Assembly: GCA_902535885.1 (NCBI GenBank)
Contig: CACAVG010000002.1
Coordinates: 1 to 40,973, forward strand
Direction: 5' to 3'
DNA: 40,973 bases
Origin: an uncultured Alphaproteobacteria bacterium
Lineage (GTDB): Bacteria; Pseudomonadota; Alphaproteobacteria; HIMB59; GCA-002718135
Positions 29,380-37,567 of this stretch are shown here, piece by piece. Positions within the stretch are counted from its first letter, which is position 1; each line of letters starts with the position of its first letter. Position numbers and translations under genes: made by a program. The notes below the pieces were generated by a model. It was not told where the DNA came from and did not search any database. It worked only from the letters and a program-made list of their open reading frames with translations.

Positions 29380-29763
29380 TTAATATTCCTCATAAGATTT
29401 TACCTCTATTAATTCAGAGCCAAAGGTTTTATTAATATCATTTTTTACTTTTGCTCTTTCATCATTTGTAAAATAGACACTTCTAGCTAAATCAATAAAT
29501 GATTGATCAAATAATTTTTTTCTTTCGCACTCTCTAATATCATCTTCTATATTCCAAAGTTTAGAATTAATGTTTATCAAATTTTCTAAATAGTTATTTA
29601 TTTCTTCTTGTTGGACATAATTCATCAATGTCTTTTGGAGAAAAGCTAATTCTTTTTTGACATGATCAAGCTTAGTTTCATCAGTTATATTTTTCTGTTT
29701 AATAATTAATATAGAAATTTTATCTACAAGTTCGCCAAGCGATATAGGAGTATTAATAAGCAT
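29380..29763 (-). CDS. Conserved hypothetical helical protein; pattern resembles DUF6165/DUF4254-type proteins
   Basis: SLGELVDKISILIIK...SKLWNIEDDIRECE...LARSVYFTNDERAKVKNDIN. TAATG-coupled to the upstream cupin gene. No enzymatic motif recognised. Confidence 0.55.
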   Translation of the reverse strand: MLINTPISLGELVDKISILIIKQKNITDETKLDHVKKELAFLQKTLMNYVQQEEINNYLENLININSKLWNIEDDIRECERKKLFDQSFIDLARSVYFTNDERAKVKNDINKTFGSELIEVKSYEEY

Positions 29764-30107
29764 TAAATTCTTTCATAAATATCTTCGTACCTTTTAATAT
29801 CATTTTCATTAAGATTATCACCGTACCACATTTCTATAATAACTAAATCACGATCTTTTCTATTAGCCATTCTATGAATTGCCCCTTTAGGAATAAAAAT
29901 GTTCTCATTTTCTTTTAAATTAATTACTTTTTTGTCAATTGTGACTTCAGCTTCTCCTTCAGCTATAATCCAATGCTCAGATCTATGCTCATGACTTTGA
30001 AGAGATAAAACTCCTCCTGGTTTTACAAAAATTTTTTTTACTAGGAATTTTTTACCTGACTTTAGTATCTCAAATGATCCCCAAGGTTTTTCTGTGATAG
30101 AATTCAT
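29763..30107 (-). CDS. Stand-alone cupin resembling the C-terminal domain of type II phosphomannose isomerase/ManC
   Basis: EKPWGSFEIL, KKIFVKPGGVLSLQSHEHRSEHWIIAEGEAEV, IPKGAIHRMAN. Confidence 0.75.
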   Translation of the reverse strand: MNSITEKPWGSFEILKSGKKFLVKKIFVKPGGVLSLQSHEHRSEHWIIAEGEAEVTIDKKVINLKENENIFIPKGAIHRMANRKDRDLVIIEMWYGDNLNENDIKRYEDIYERI

Positions 30108-30145
30108 TATGAATGTTTATTTATATATTATATACCTCTTTATAA

Positions 30146-30793
30146 ATGATAAAAATATCTCCATCAATATTATCAGCAGATATTCTTAAATTAGAAGAAG
30201 AGGTTAGATCTTTAGATCTAAATGGAGCTGATTATATTCATATAGACATCATGGATGGCCACTATGTCCCCAATATTACTTTTGGACCAAATATAGTTAA
30301 ATCATTAAGAAAGGTTACCTCTAAAATTTTAGATGTGCATCTCATGATTAAACCGGTAAAGAAATATATCAATGAATTTATACAAGCTGGCTCAGATATC
30401 ATTACTTTTCATCCTGAGGCTGATGATAACCCAGAAGAAATTATTAAAATGATAAGTGATGCTGAAATTAAAGCAGGAATAGCCATTCACCCTAAGGTAA
30501 ATATTGCAGATATTGATCATTTATTAAGTAAAGTGCAACAAATAATAGTTATGACAGTCACACCTGGTTTTGGTGGTCAAAAATTTATGCATGAGCAAGT
30601 GAAAAAAATTAAAGATTTAGATGAAATTAGAAAAAATAATAATTATAACTATGAGATAGCTGTTGATGGTGGAGTAAATAATGAAAATGCAAAAATATGT
30701 AAAGATAATGGAGCTGATTTGTTAGCAGTAGGATCTTATTTATTATCTCAAAATCAAAATAACTATAAAGAAATTATAAATTCCTTAAGATAA
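30146..30793 (+). CDS. rpe: Ribulose-phosphate 3-epimerase
   Basis: ISPSILSAD, HIDIMDGHYVPNITFGP, DVHLM, VMTVTPGFGGQKF, VDGGV. Confidence 0.93.
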   Translation: MIKISPSILSADILKLEEEVRSLDLNGADYIHIDIMDGHYVPNITFGPNIVKSLRKVTSKILDVHLMIKPVKKYINEFIQAGSDIITFHPEADDNPEEIIKMISDAEIKAGIAIHPKVNIADIDHLLSKVQQIIVMTVTPGFGGQKFMHEQVKKIKDLDEIRKNNNYNYEIAVDGGVNNENAKICKDNGADLLAVGSYLLSQNQNNYKEIINSLR

Positions 30794-31680
30794 TGGATTG
30801 GGATAAATTAAAATCATTTTACGAAATTGCAATCTCAAGAAGCATTTCTAAGGCAAGTGCTAAACTAAATATCAGTCAATCTGCACTTAGTAGACAAATA
30901 CAAGATCTTGAATACGATTTAAAGACACCTTTGTTTATAAGACATCAAAAAGGTGTAAGGTTAACAGAGCAAGGTGAAAATTTATTTAATACTGTAAATC
31001 AAATTAATTTTTCAATTTCTGATTTTGAAAAAAAATTATTAGATAAAAAAACTAAACCAGTAGGAAAATTAACCGTAAGCACAACTGTTGGTTTTGGATC
31101 AGCGTGGCTCACACCAAGAATAACCAAATTTGCTAATCAATACCCTGAGATAGATGTAAATTTAATTATGAGTGATGAAGAAGTTGATTTATCTGCAAGA
31201 GTTGCTGATGTTGCAGTTAGAGTAAAGAAACCAACGCAAGCAAATTTAATTTTTAAAAAATTTGTTAATTTTCATAACCACATTTATGGTTCATCAGATT
31301 ACTTGCAAAAAAGTGGAATACCAAGAAATGTAAATGATTTAGATAAACATGATTTAATTTGCTTTGGAGCTGGATTACCTTCTCCTGTTTCTAATATTGA
31401 TTGGATATTAAAAATTGGAAAAGAAGGAACAAAAAGACGACCTAAATTTAGAGTAAATAGTATTTACGCGATGTCACTTGCAATTGAAAAAGGTGGAGGT
31501 TTAGCATCTTTACCTGATTACATGGTTGCAGACAAACCTCAGCTTGTACGTGTTCTACCAAACTTAGAAGGTCCATCATATCAAACATACTTTGTTTATT
31601 CTGAATCTTTTAAAAACGATAGAAGACTTGAAGTTTTTAGGGATTTTTTATTTAATGAAGCTAAAGATTGGCATTATTAG
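30793..31680 (+). CDS. LysR-family transcriptional regulator
   Basis: wHTH: SISKASAKLNISQSALSRQIQDLEYDLKTPLFIRHQKGVRLTEQG. 295 aa with a substrate-binding domain. TAATG junction with rpe. Confidence 0.88.
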   Translation: MDWDKLKSFYEIAISRSISKASAKLNISQSALSRQIQDLEYDLKTPLFIRHQKGVRLTEQGENLFNTVNQINFSISDFEKKLLDKKTKPVGKLTVSTTVGFGSAWLTPRITKFANQYPEIDVNLIMSDEEVDLSARVADVAVRVKKPTQANLIFKKFVNFHNHIYGSSDYLQKSGIPRNVNDLDKHDLICFGAGLPSPVSNIDWILKIGKEGTKRRPKFRVNSIYAMSLAIEKGGGLASLPDYMVADKPQLVRVLPNLEGPSYQTYFVYSESFKNDRRLEVFRDFLFNEAKDWHY

Positions 31681-31683
31681 TCT

Positions 31684-31711
31684 TTGACTTAATTTTTTAT
31701 TTTTGTATACC
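31684..31711 (+). promoter_or_regulatory. Candidate sigma70-type promoter: TTGACT, 16 nt, TATACC
   Basis: TTGACT at 31684-31689 and TATACC at 31706-31711, about 12 nt upstream of ATG at 31723. Motif match only, in AT-rich DNA. Confidence 0.25.
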
Positions 31712-31722
31712 ATATCTACATT

Positions 31723-31806
31723 ATGGGATATCCAAAAAAACATAGAGGAAGACGTAAAAGAGGCTCTAAATATAGAAGAAACAAAAAGCGTCAAAAGAAG
31801 AAATAA
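31723..31806 (+). CDS. 27-aa hyper-basic mini-protein, hypothetical (bTHX-like ribosomal protein or other cationic peptide)
   Basis: ATG GGA TAT CCA...AAG AAA TAA encodes MGYPKKHRGRRKRGSKYRRNKKRQKKK (17 of 27 residues are K/R). It lies in an unusually long 175-nt spacer of a very compact genome. Below the track cutoff. Confidence 0.4.
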   Translation: MGYPKKHRGRRKRGSKYRRNKKRQKKK

Positions 31807-31855
31807 TTAATACATACCTTCTTTTTTAAAATTTAATTGAACATATATATATATA

Positions 31856-32857
31856 ATGTTTAAATTTTTCACTGAACCAAAATGGTATGTATGGGCTTAT
31901 GTAGGCTCCGTAGTCATTCTTACTTCTATATGGGTTCAAGTTCAGATTGATGTGCAGATTAACGAATGGTTTGGTGAATTTTATGATATGATACAAAAAG
32001 CACTTGGGACACCAAATGCTATAACTATGCAAGAATACATGGGTGCATTATTTAGTTTTGCTCAACTTGCTGCTATTTCAATTGCATTAGGACTAGCAAT
32101 TTCATTCCTAACATCTCATTTTCTTTTTAGATGGAGAACAGCAATGGTCGAGTGGTACCATAGTGTTTATGATCAAGCCAGAACTATCGAAGGTGCAAGT
32201 CAAAGGGTTCAAGAAGATACCATAAAGTTCAGTAGAATTATGGAGGGTCTTGGAACGAGCTTAATTGAGTCAGTTCTTGTACTAGTAGAGTTCTTCCCTC
32301 TATTAATGACTCTTTCAGTTGGTATACCGATCTTGTGGTTTGGTGACTGGCAGTATGGTTTAGTATCTGGAGCATTTATATGGGCAGTAGGTGGTACAAT
32401 TTTAATGATTGTACTAGCATGGCTATTAAGATTAGTAGGGATTGAATATGATCTTCAAAAAAAAGAAGCAGCTTACAGAAAAATTTTGGTTATTGCTGAA
32501 GACGATGGAAGTATTAGACCTAAATCTTTAGAAGAACTTTTTGATGGTGTAAGGCAAATTCATTTCAAAAGTTATTTGTACTATCTCTATTTTAGTATTG
32601 GGAGATTAGCTTATCTACAAGCTAACGTTCTTGCTGCTTACATTTTTTTAGCACCAGCAATTGTAGCTGGAGTAATGACACTCGGTGTTATGCAACAAAT
32701 TATAAGAGCTTTCGGAAGAGTAGAAGGTTCACTACAATATTTATTCAGAGCATGGCCTACAATTATTGAACTTGCTAGTGTCTATAAAAGATTAAGAGAA
32801 TTTGAGAATAAAATAGAAAAAAACATTCAGGATGAAAAAACTGGTATAGTACGTTAG
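31856..32857 (+). CDS. sbmA: SbmA/BacA-family inner-membrane peptide transporter, short form (333 aa)
   Basis: Collinear with E. coli SbmA motifs: FRWRTAM, EGASQRVQEDTIKFS (E. coli EGAAQRVQEDTMRFA), EAAYRK..V..EDD, YLYFSIGRLAYLQ, VYKRLREFE. Confidence 0.85.
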   Translation: MFKFFTEPKWYVWAYVGSVVILTSIWVQVQIDVQINEWFGEFYDMIQKALGTPNAITMQEYMGALFSFAQLAAISIALGLAISFLTSHFLFRWRTAMVEWYHSVYDQARTIEGASQRVQEDTIKFSRIMEGLGTSLIESVLVLVEFFPLLMTLSVGIPILWFGDWQYGLVSGAFIWAVGGTILMIVLAWLLRLVGIEYDLQKKEAAYRKILVIAEDDGSIRPKSLEELFDGVRQIHFKSYLYYLYFSIGRLAYLQANVLAAYIFLAPAIVAGVMTLGVMQQIIRAFGRVEGSLQYLFRAWPTIIELASVYKRLREFENKIEKNIQDEKTGIVR

Positions 32858-33216
32858 TGATTTTTCTAGCATTTATTATTATACCAATAATAGAAATATG
32901 CATTTTCATAACAATTGGCTCTAATATTGGAATTTTAAATACTATCGCAATTATAATAACTACTGCTTTAGTGGGAATATTTCTTGTTCGTAGACAAGGG
33001 ATTAAATTGCTATTTGATGCACAACGAAACTTATCACAAGGGGTAATGCCTACTGAAGAAATAAAGGGAGGTATTTTCTTATTAGTATCAGGTTTACTTT
33101 TAATTACTCCTGGGTTCTTTACTGATTTTATTGGTTTTGCCGTCTTTTTAAAGCCAGTTCAAAATATAATTGCAGCTCAAGCAAAAAAATATTTTAACTC
33201 ACGTATTCGCTATTAA
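32857..33216 (+). CDS. fxsA: FxsA-family cytoplasmic membrane protein
   Basis: IPIIEICIFITIGSNIG...TALVGIFLVRRQG...LLITPGFFTDFIGF pattern. GTG start overlapping the sbmA stop (TAGTG). Confidence 0.8.
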   Translation: MIFLAFIIIPIIEICIFITIGSNIGILNTIAIIITTALVGIFLVRRQGIKLLFDAQRNLSQGVMPTEEIKGGIFLLVSGLLLITPGFFTDFIGFAVFLKPVQNIIAAQAKKYFNSRIRY

Positions 33217-34128
33217 AGGGTCGATCTTATTAATTAACTCCTTTAAGAATAATACCAACTTATTATTTTGCGGATTATCAATTTGTTTTAACGGTGGAAC
33301 AATATTATTCCAATCAGTGATATTGTCAGCAATTGAAAAATAAGCCTTCATTAAACTTATTGGTTCTGCTGAGGTCAATGTTTTTCTAATTTCAGCTTGT
33401 AAATTTTGTAATTCATCAAAATTTTTAATATTTTTTTCATTTTTAAAATTTTTCAAAATAAAACAGAGTAACTTACCTGATACGTTGGTACCTGCAGTTA
33501 TAGCTCCAGCCCCTCCCCGTCTTGCAACGTTTAAAGCAAGAGTATCGTGTCCACAAAAAACTGCAAAATCATTGAAATACTTAATTGTTTTCAACATATT
33601 ATCATAATCTCCACTTGAGTCTTTTAGCCCAACAACATTATTTGGATATAATTTCAATAAAGTTTCAATGACTTTGAAATTAATTGGAACATATGTATTT
33701 TGAGGAATATGATAAAGTATATACTGAAAGTTATTATCATCTACACTTTCAATAATATTTCTATAATAATTTAATACACCATCATCTGAAACATTTTTGT
33801 AGAAAAAAGGTGGAAGGATTAAGACTGCTCTTACATTCATTTTTGAAGCGTGTTGAGTCATTGAAATTGCATCTTTCAATGAACTAGATCCAGTTCCTGG
33901 TATTAGGACCTTAGGATCAATTTTATTTTCTATAAGAAATTCGATATTATTTCTTTTTTCAATTATACTAAATGAGTTTGCTTCACCAGTTGTGCCAAAA
34001 ATAGCAAGACCATCATGACCCTGTCTCATAAGATACTGACAATGACGCAAATAAAGATCCTGATTGATAGTAAGATCTTTTTTAACTGGGGTTAAAGATG
34101 CACTGAAAACTCCATTTATCTTAAGCAT
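33199..34128 (-). CDS. DapA/N-acetylneuraminate-lyase family class I aldolase; specific substrate unclear
   Basis: GLAIFGTTGEANSFS, GTGSSS, YHIP, Schiff-base Lys context VVGLKDSSGD. Confidence 0.75.
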   Translation of the reverse strand: MLKINGVFSASLTPVKKDLTINQDLYLRHCQYLMRQGHDGLAIFGTTGEANSFSIIEKRNNIEFLIENKIDPKVLIPGTGSSSLKDAISMTQHASKMNVRAVLILPPFFYKNVSDDGVLNYYRNIIESVDDNNFQYILYHIPQNTYVPINFKVIETLLKLYPNNVVGLKDSSGDYDNMLKTIKYFNDFAVFCGHDTLALNVARRGGAGAITAGTNVSGKLLCFILKNFKNEKNIKNFDELQNLQAEIRKTLTSAEPISLMKAYFSIADNITDWNNIVPPLKQIDNPQNNKLVLFLKELINKIDPLIANT

Positions 34129-34906
34129 AGAAGTATAATAGTATAAAACCTAGAATAACTCTATAAATAATAAATATATTAAAGGTTGAACTTTGTATTA
34201 TTCGCATCATTATGTTAATTGATAGTAGTGCAGTAATAAATGAAACAAATGCTGCAAATAATGATTGGTATAAATTTATATTTACCTTAGCACTACTCAT
34301 AAAATCTAAACTTGTTAAAACTAAGGATGCTAAAATAATGGGAATGGATAAAAGCATAGAAAATATTGCTGCAGAAGATCTATCAAATCCTAGGAAACGT
34401 GCTCCAGTAATTGTAACACCTGCTCTACTTGCCCCAGGTATAAAAGCTAAAACTTGAAATACACCAATGATAAAGGCCTGCACATAACTCATATTTTCCC
34501 AGGAAGATATTTTCATCTTAAAATGATCTGCTACAAATAATAGTGCAGCAAATACAATACTTGTTACAGCAACAACTTTGATATCTCTGAAAAATAATTG
34601 AACAAAATCAAAAATAAAAAATCCCACTATAACTGCAGGTATGGTTGCAATAATAATTTTAATTAAATTATCATTTTGATTAATCTGAAAAGAAAAAAAA
34701 CTCTTAATTAATACTTTTATATGTGGCCTTAAATAAATTAAAACTGCTAATAATGTTCCAACATGAACAGCAACATCCGTAAAAAGACCTTGATCTTGCC
34801 AACTTGTTAATTCTGATACAAGAACTAAATGCCCAGAAGAACTAATTGGCAAAAATTCAGTTAAGCCTTGGACAATGCCAATTATAAAATATTGAAGCTC
34901 AAACAT
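34121..34906 (-). CDS. uppP: Undecaprenyl-diphosphate phosphatase
   Basis: GLTEFLPISSSGHL, PGASRAGVTITGA. 8 predicted TM segments. Confidence 0.92.
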   Translation of the reverse strand: MFELQYFIIGIVQGLTEFLPISSSGHLVLVSELTSWQDQGLFTDVAVHVGTLLAVLIYLRPHIKVLIKSFFSFQINQNDNLIKIIIATIPAVIVGFFIFDFVQLFFRDIKVVAVTSIVFAALLFVADHFKMKISSWENMSYVQAFIIGVFQVLAFIPGASRAGVTITGARFLGFDRSSAAIFSMLLSIPIILASLVLTSLDFMSSAKVNINLYQSLFAAFVSFITALLSINIMMRIIQSSTFNIFIIYRVILGFILLYFYA

Positions 34907-36417
34907 TAACCAAAAATTATTTTGCTCAGTTCTTTGCCACTAGGAAGAGGTTCAGCATTTTTATTAGAAAAATATTTCTCCATAAAATTTAAATAAACAT
35001 TATAATCTTTTAATATTTGCATTTTTTTAAGTTTATTTTCATCATCACTGTCTTCCATTTTAACTAATTCCGTATCAGTTTGCGACATTGCTTCTGGTAT
35101 TGTCGTAAAAGGCCTCTCCTGATTAATAACTAACCTTTCATGTAACTCCCGGTGAATCATTTTAAAATCTTCTTTTGATAGAGTTTTTGGACTTTCATCA
35201 AATATAAGTCTTTTTAAAATAAAGTTTGCTCTTGGTTCTTTAATTGAAAGAGCTATTTTATATTTTTCATTCCAGTCGTTTTGTTCATGAAATTTAGCTA
35301 TTTCTGTTGATTGTTTAAAATCAAGAAAAGCATTTGCTGCACTTTCAGGAAATACATTATCTTGAGATTTTTCATCTTCTTTTTCAATACGCCTATCAAT
35401 CTCCATAAGTTTAAACTTGTCTGCTAAATCTTTATTTTTGAATACTATTTTAGCTCTTTCATTTAGTACATCTGAACCAATCTCATCGTATGGTTCATAA
35501 CTAGAAGCAATCTTACCTGGTAGAATAATAGGATGCTGATTAGTAATAACGTATCTATTTTTCCTTTTGATAAGTTTTTTAAATTCCTCAGAATTAGCTT
35601 CTAATAATAGACTCGGGTCATGAGCTAAATCAATTGCGTGAAACCAACCATTATATTGTGACTCACATACCATTGACAATGCTTGAAGTTTAATTCTTCC
35701 ACCAAAACTTGTCATAAAACAAAAACCTTTATTTTTATTTATATATTCAATGGCATCTTCTTTATTCATTGTCATTTGAAGCTGATTCCAATTAGTTGTG
35801 TCTGCTTTGTTAATATATTTTGTCAGAGCAATCGATGTCTTAACATCTGAATATGCATCGTGAGCAAATTCAACAGGCAAGTTGTTCATCTCTGCAATTT
35901 TTTCTAATTTAAAACTAGGATTACCTCTTTCCGTTAAAGGTGTTTTTATACTTGATGGGTTGATGGCATATAAACCTCTCGCTAAATTTAATGTATCTCC
36001 TCTACTTTTTCTTGTTACATAAGGATAAAACATATGACTAAATAAATTGTATTCGAGAACTGACTCATCAAACTCTATTATGTTGTGTCCTATAAAAGTA
36101 GAACTTGGATCATCTTTTTTCCATTCATCAAAAGTTTCATTAATTTTTTTCATTAATTCGTAAGATGATTGAGGAGCATCAAGTGCCTCTCTCATACCTT
36201 TAAGTGTTGTTATTAATGCACCAGGTTGAGAAATCACTGATGTTCGAGGTCTGCAGAACTCATTCATATTTTGATTTGTTTGATTAAACTTGGAGTCAGT
36301 AACTATTGCAGCAATTTGCATTATCTGCTCCCATTTTGGAGTAGTGCCAAAAGCAGTTGGATATTCTTTCTTACCTCTTCCTGAAGTTTCTAAATCGTAA
36401 AATATATATTTTGACAC
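34906..36417 (-). CDS. sbcB: Exodeoxyribonuclease I-like DEDDh 3'-5' exonuclease
   Basis: IFYDLETSG (Exo I), GHNIIEFDE (Exo II), PSFKLEKIAE....AHDAYSDV (Exo III, compare E. coli PSFRLEHL..AHDAMADV). Length and C-terminal domains are comparable to E. coli SbcB. Confidence 0.7.
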   Translation of the reverse strand: MSKYIFYDLETSGRGKKEYPTAFGTTPKWEQIMQIAAIVTDSKFNQTNQNMNEFCRPRTSVISQPGALITTLKGMREALDAPQSSYELMKKINETFDEWKKDDPSSTFIGHNIIEFDESVLEYNLFSHMFYPYVTRKSRGDTLNLARGLYAINPSSIKTPLTERGNPSFKLEKIAEMNNLPVEFAHDAYSDVKTSIALTKYINKADTTNWNQLQMTMNKEDAIEYINKNKGFCFMTSFGGRIKLQALSMVCESQYNGWFHAIDLAHDPSLLLEANSEEFKKLIKRKNRYVITNQHPIILPGKIASSYEPYDEIGSDVLNERAKIVFKNKDLADKFKLMEIDRRIEKEDEKSQDNVFPESAANAFLDFKQSTEIAKFHEQNDWNEKYKIALSIKEPRANFILKRLIFDESPKTLSKEDFKMIHRELHERLVINQERPFTTIPEAMSQTDTELVKMEDSDDENKLKKMQILKDYNVYLNFMEKYFSNKNAEPLPSGKELSKIIFG

Positions 36418-36449
36418 TGATAAATAACCTTATTGGTATTTATAGACTA

Positions 36450-36647
36450 TTAATTATCTCTTTTGGACCAATAAAAATGATAGAAAAGAGTAGCAGCGAT
36501 AGCAACAAAAAGAGAGACAAAGGCTACATAAATTATAGTTGCGATTGCCCAGTAAGCTAGGGCTATTAAAAGACCAATAGCTGTAATCCCAGCCCAAAAA
36601 TAGATTAGTCTTTCTAAAAATAATTGCATAAAGATTCTATTATACAA
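36450..36647 (-). CDS. Small two-TM membrane protein, hypothetical (59 aa if started at ATG 36629)
   Basis: Same strand as its flanking genes and fills a 233-nt gap. FWAGITAIGLLIALAYWAIATIIYVAFVSLFVAIAATLFYHFYW forms two hydrophobic helices. The track start is TTG at 36647. Confidence 0.5.
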   Translation of the reverse strand: MYNRIFMQLFLERLIYFWAGITAIGLLIALAYWAIATIIYVAFVSLFVAIAATLFYHFYWSKRDN

Positions 36648-36650
36648 TAA

Positions 36651-37565
36651 TTATAGAAGTTTATCAATTTCCTCTCGAGAAGGCATAGAATTTGCTGTAC
36701 CAATTTTAGTCGTTGATAAGCCAGCTGTAGCACTAGCAAATTTTAGAGCATTTTTAATATTTTGACCCTCAGTAAGTGCTGCAGCAAAACCCGCATTGAA
36801 AGCATCGCCAGCACCAGTTGTGTCGACTACTGGATTTGCAAGATTAGCTACAGGTAAAGAAAATTTTTCTTCATTGTTGGCAAAAAAAGCTCCTTTTTCT
36901 CCAAGAGTAATAACGACATTTTTAATTCCTTTTTCTAATAATTGCATTGCAGCTTTTTCAGCATCCTCATGAGTTTCAACATTGTGATCAACATAAAAAC
37001 TTGCTTCCGTTTCATTTGGTGTAAAATAATCAATCATAGAAAATAAAGATTCATCTATTTCAGCAGCTGGAGCAGGATTTAAAATTGTTTTTACATTTAA
37101 ACTATGTGCTTTTTTTAATGCATAGGTAACGACATCCTTTGGTGCCTCTAGTTGTGTAAGAAATATACTTGAGTTTTTAATTGCCTCCTCTGCTTTATTT
37201 ATATCTTCAATAGTAATTGCACCTGCTGCACCTGGAAAAACATTAATAGCATTAGCTCCAGTTCCTTCATTTACAAGTATGCCTGCAGCACCAGTCGAAT
37301 GATCTCTTGAAATAATAACATTGCTATAATCAACACCAGAATTTTCATAAATCTTTGTTGCCATTGAGCCGAATTGATCCTCACCAATCTTAGAAATAAA
37401 AAAAGTTTTTGCACCAGCTTTGGCTGCAGCTACAGCTTGGTTTGATCCTTTTCCACCAGGACCAATAACAAAATTTTTACCAAGAATAGTTTCACCCTCT
37501 ACTGGAATTTTTTCTCCAAAAAAAACAAGGTCTGCAACAAATATACCAAGAATACTAATCGACAT
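36651..37565 (-). CDS. rbsK: Ribokinase-family (PfkB) sugar kinase: ribokinase or deoxyribokinase
   Basis: GPGGKGSNQAVAAAKAG, NETE, DTTGAGDAFNAGFAAAL. Confidence 0.85.
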   Translation of the reverse strand: MSISILGIFVADLVFFGEKIPVEGETILGKNFVIGPGGKGSNQAVAAAKAGAKTFFISKIGEDQFGSMATKIYENSGVDYSNVIISRDHSTGAAGILVNEGTGANAINVFPGAAGAITIEDINKAEEAIKNSSIFLTQLEAPKDVVTYALKKAHSLNVKTILNPAPAAEIDESLFSMIDYFTPNETEASFYVDHNVETHEDAEKAAMQLLEKGIKNVVITLGEKGAFFANNEEKFSLPVANLANPVVDTTGAGDAFNAGFAAALTEGQNIKNALKFASATAGLSTTKIGTANSMPSREEIDKLL

Positions 37566-37567
37566 AA

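Noticed and set aside
31793-31825. Hairpin AAAAGAAG/CTTCTTTT after the mini-ORF as an intrinsic terminator or attenuator.
   Set aside because: The stem has only two G-C pairs, the loop is 17 nt, and the T-run is largely consumed by the stem. It is too weak to call and is mentioned only as context.
31826-32032. 68-aa minus-strand ORF spanning the sbmA start region.
   Set aside because: It overlaps the strongly supported SbmA N-terminus in antisense. It has no motif and an odd composition, and part of it is the TA-repeat leader.
36357-36560. 67-aa plus-strand ORF in the rbsK-sbcB gap.
   Set aside because: It overlaps the sbcB 5' end in antisense and opposes the direction of the gene run. The minus-strand 2-TM ORF explains the same DNA more plausibly.
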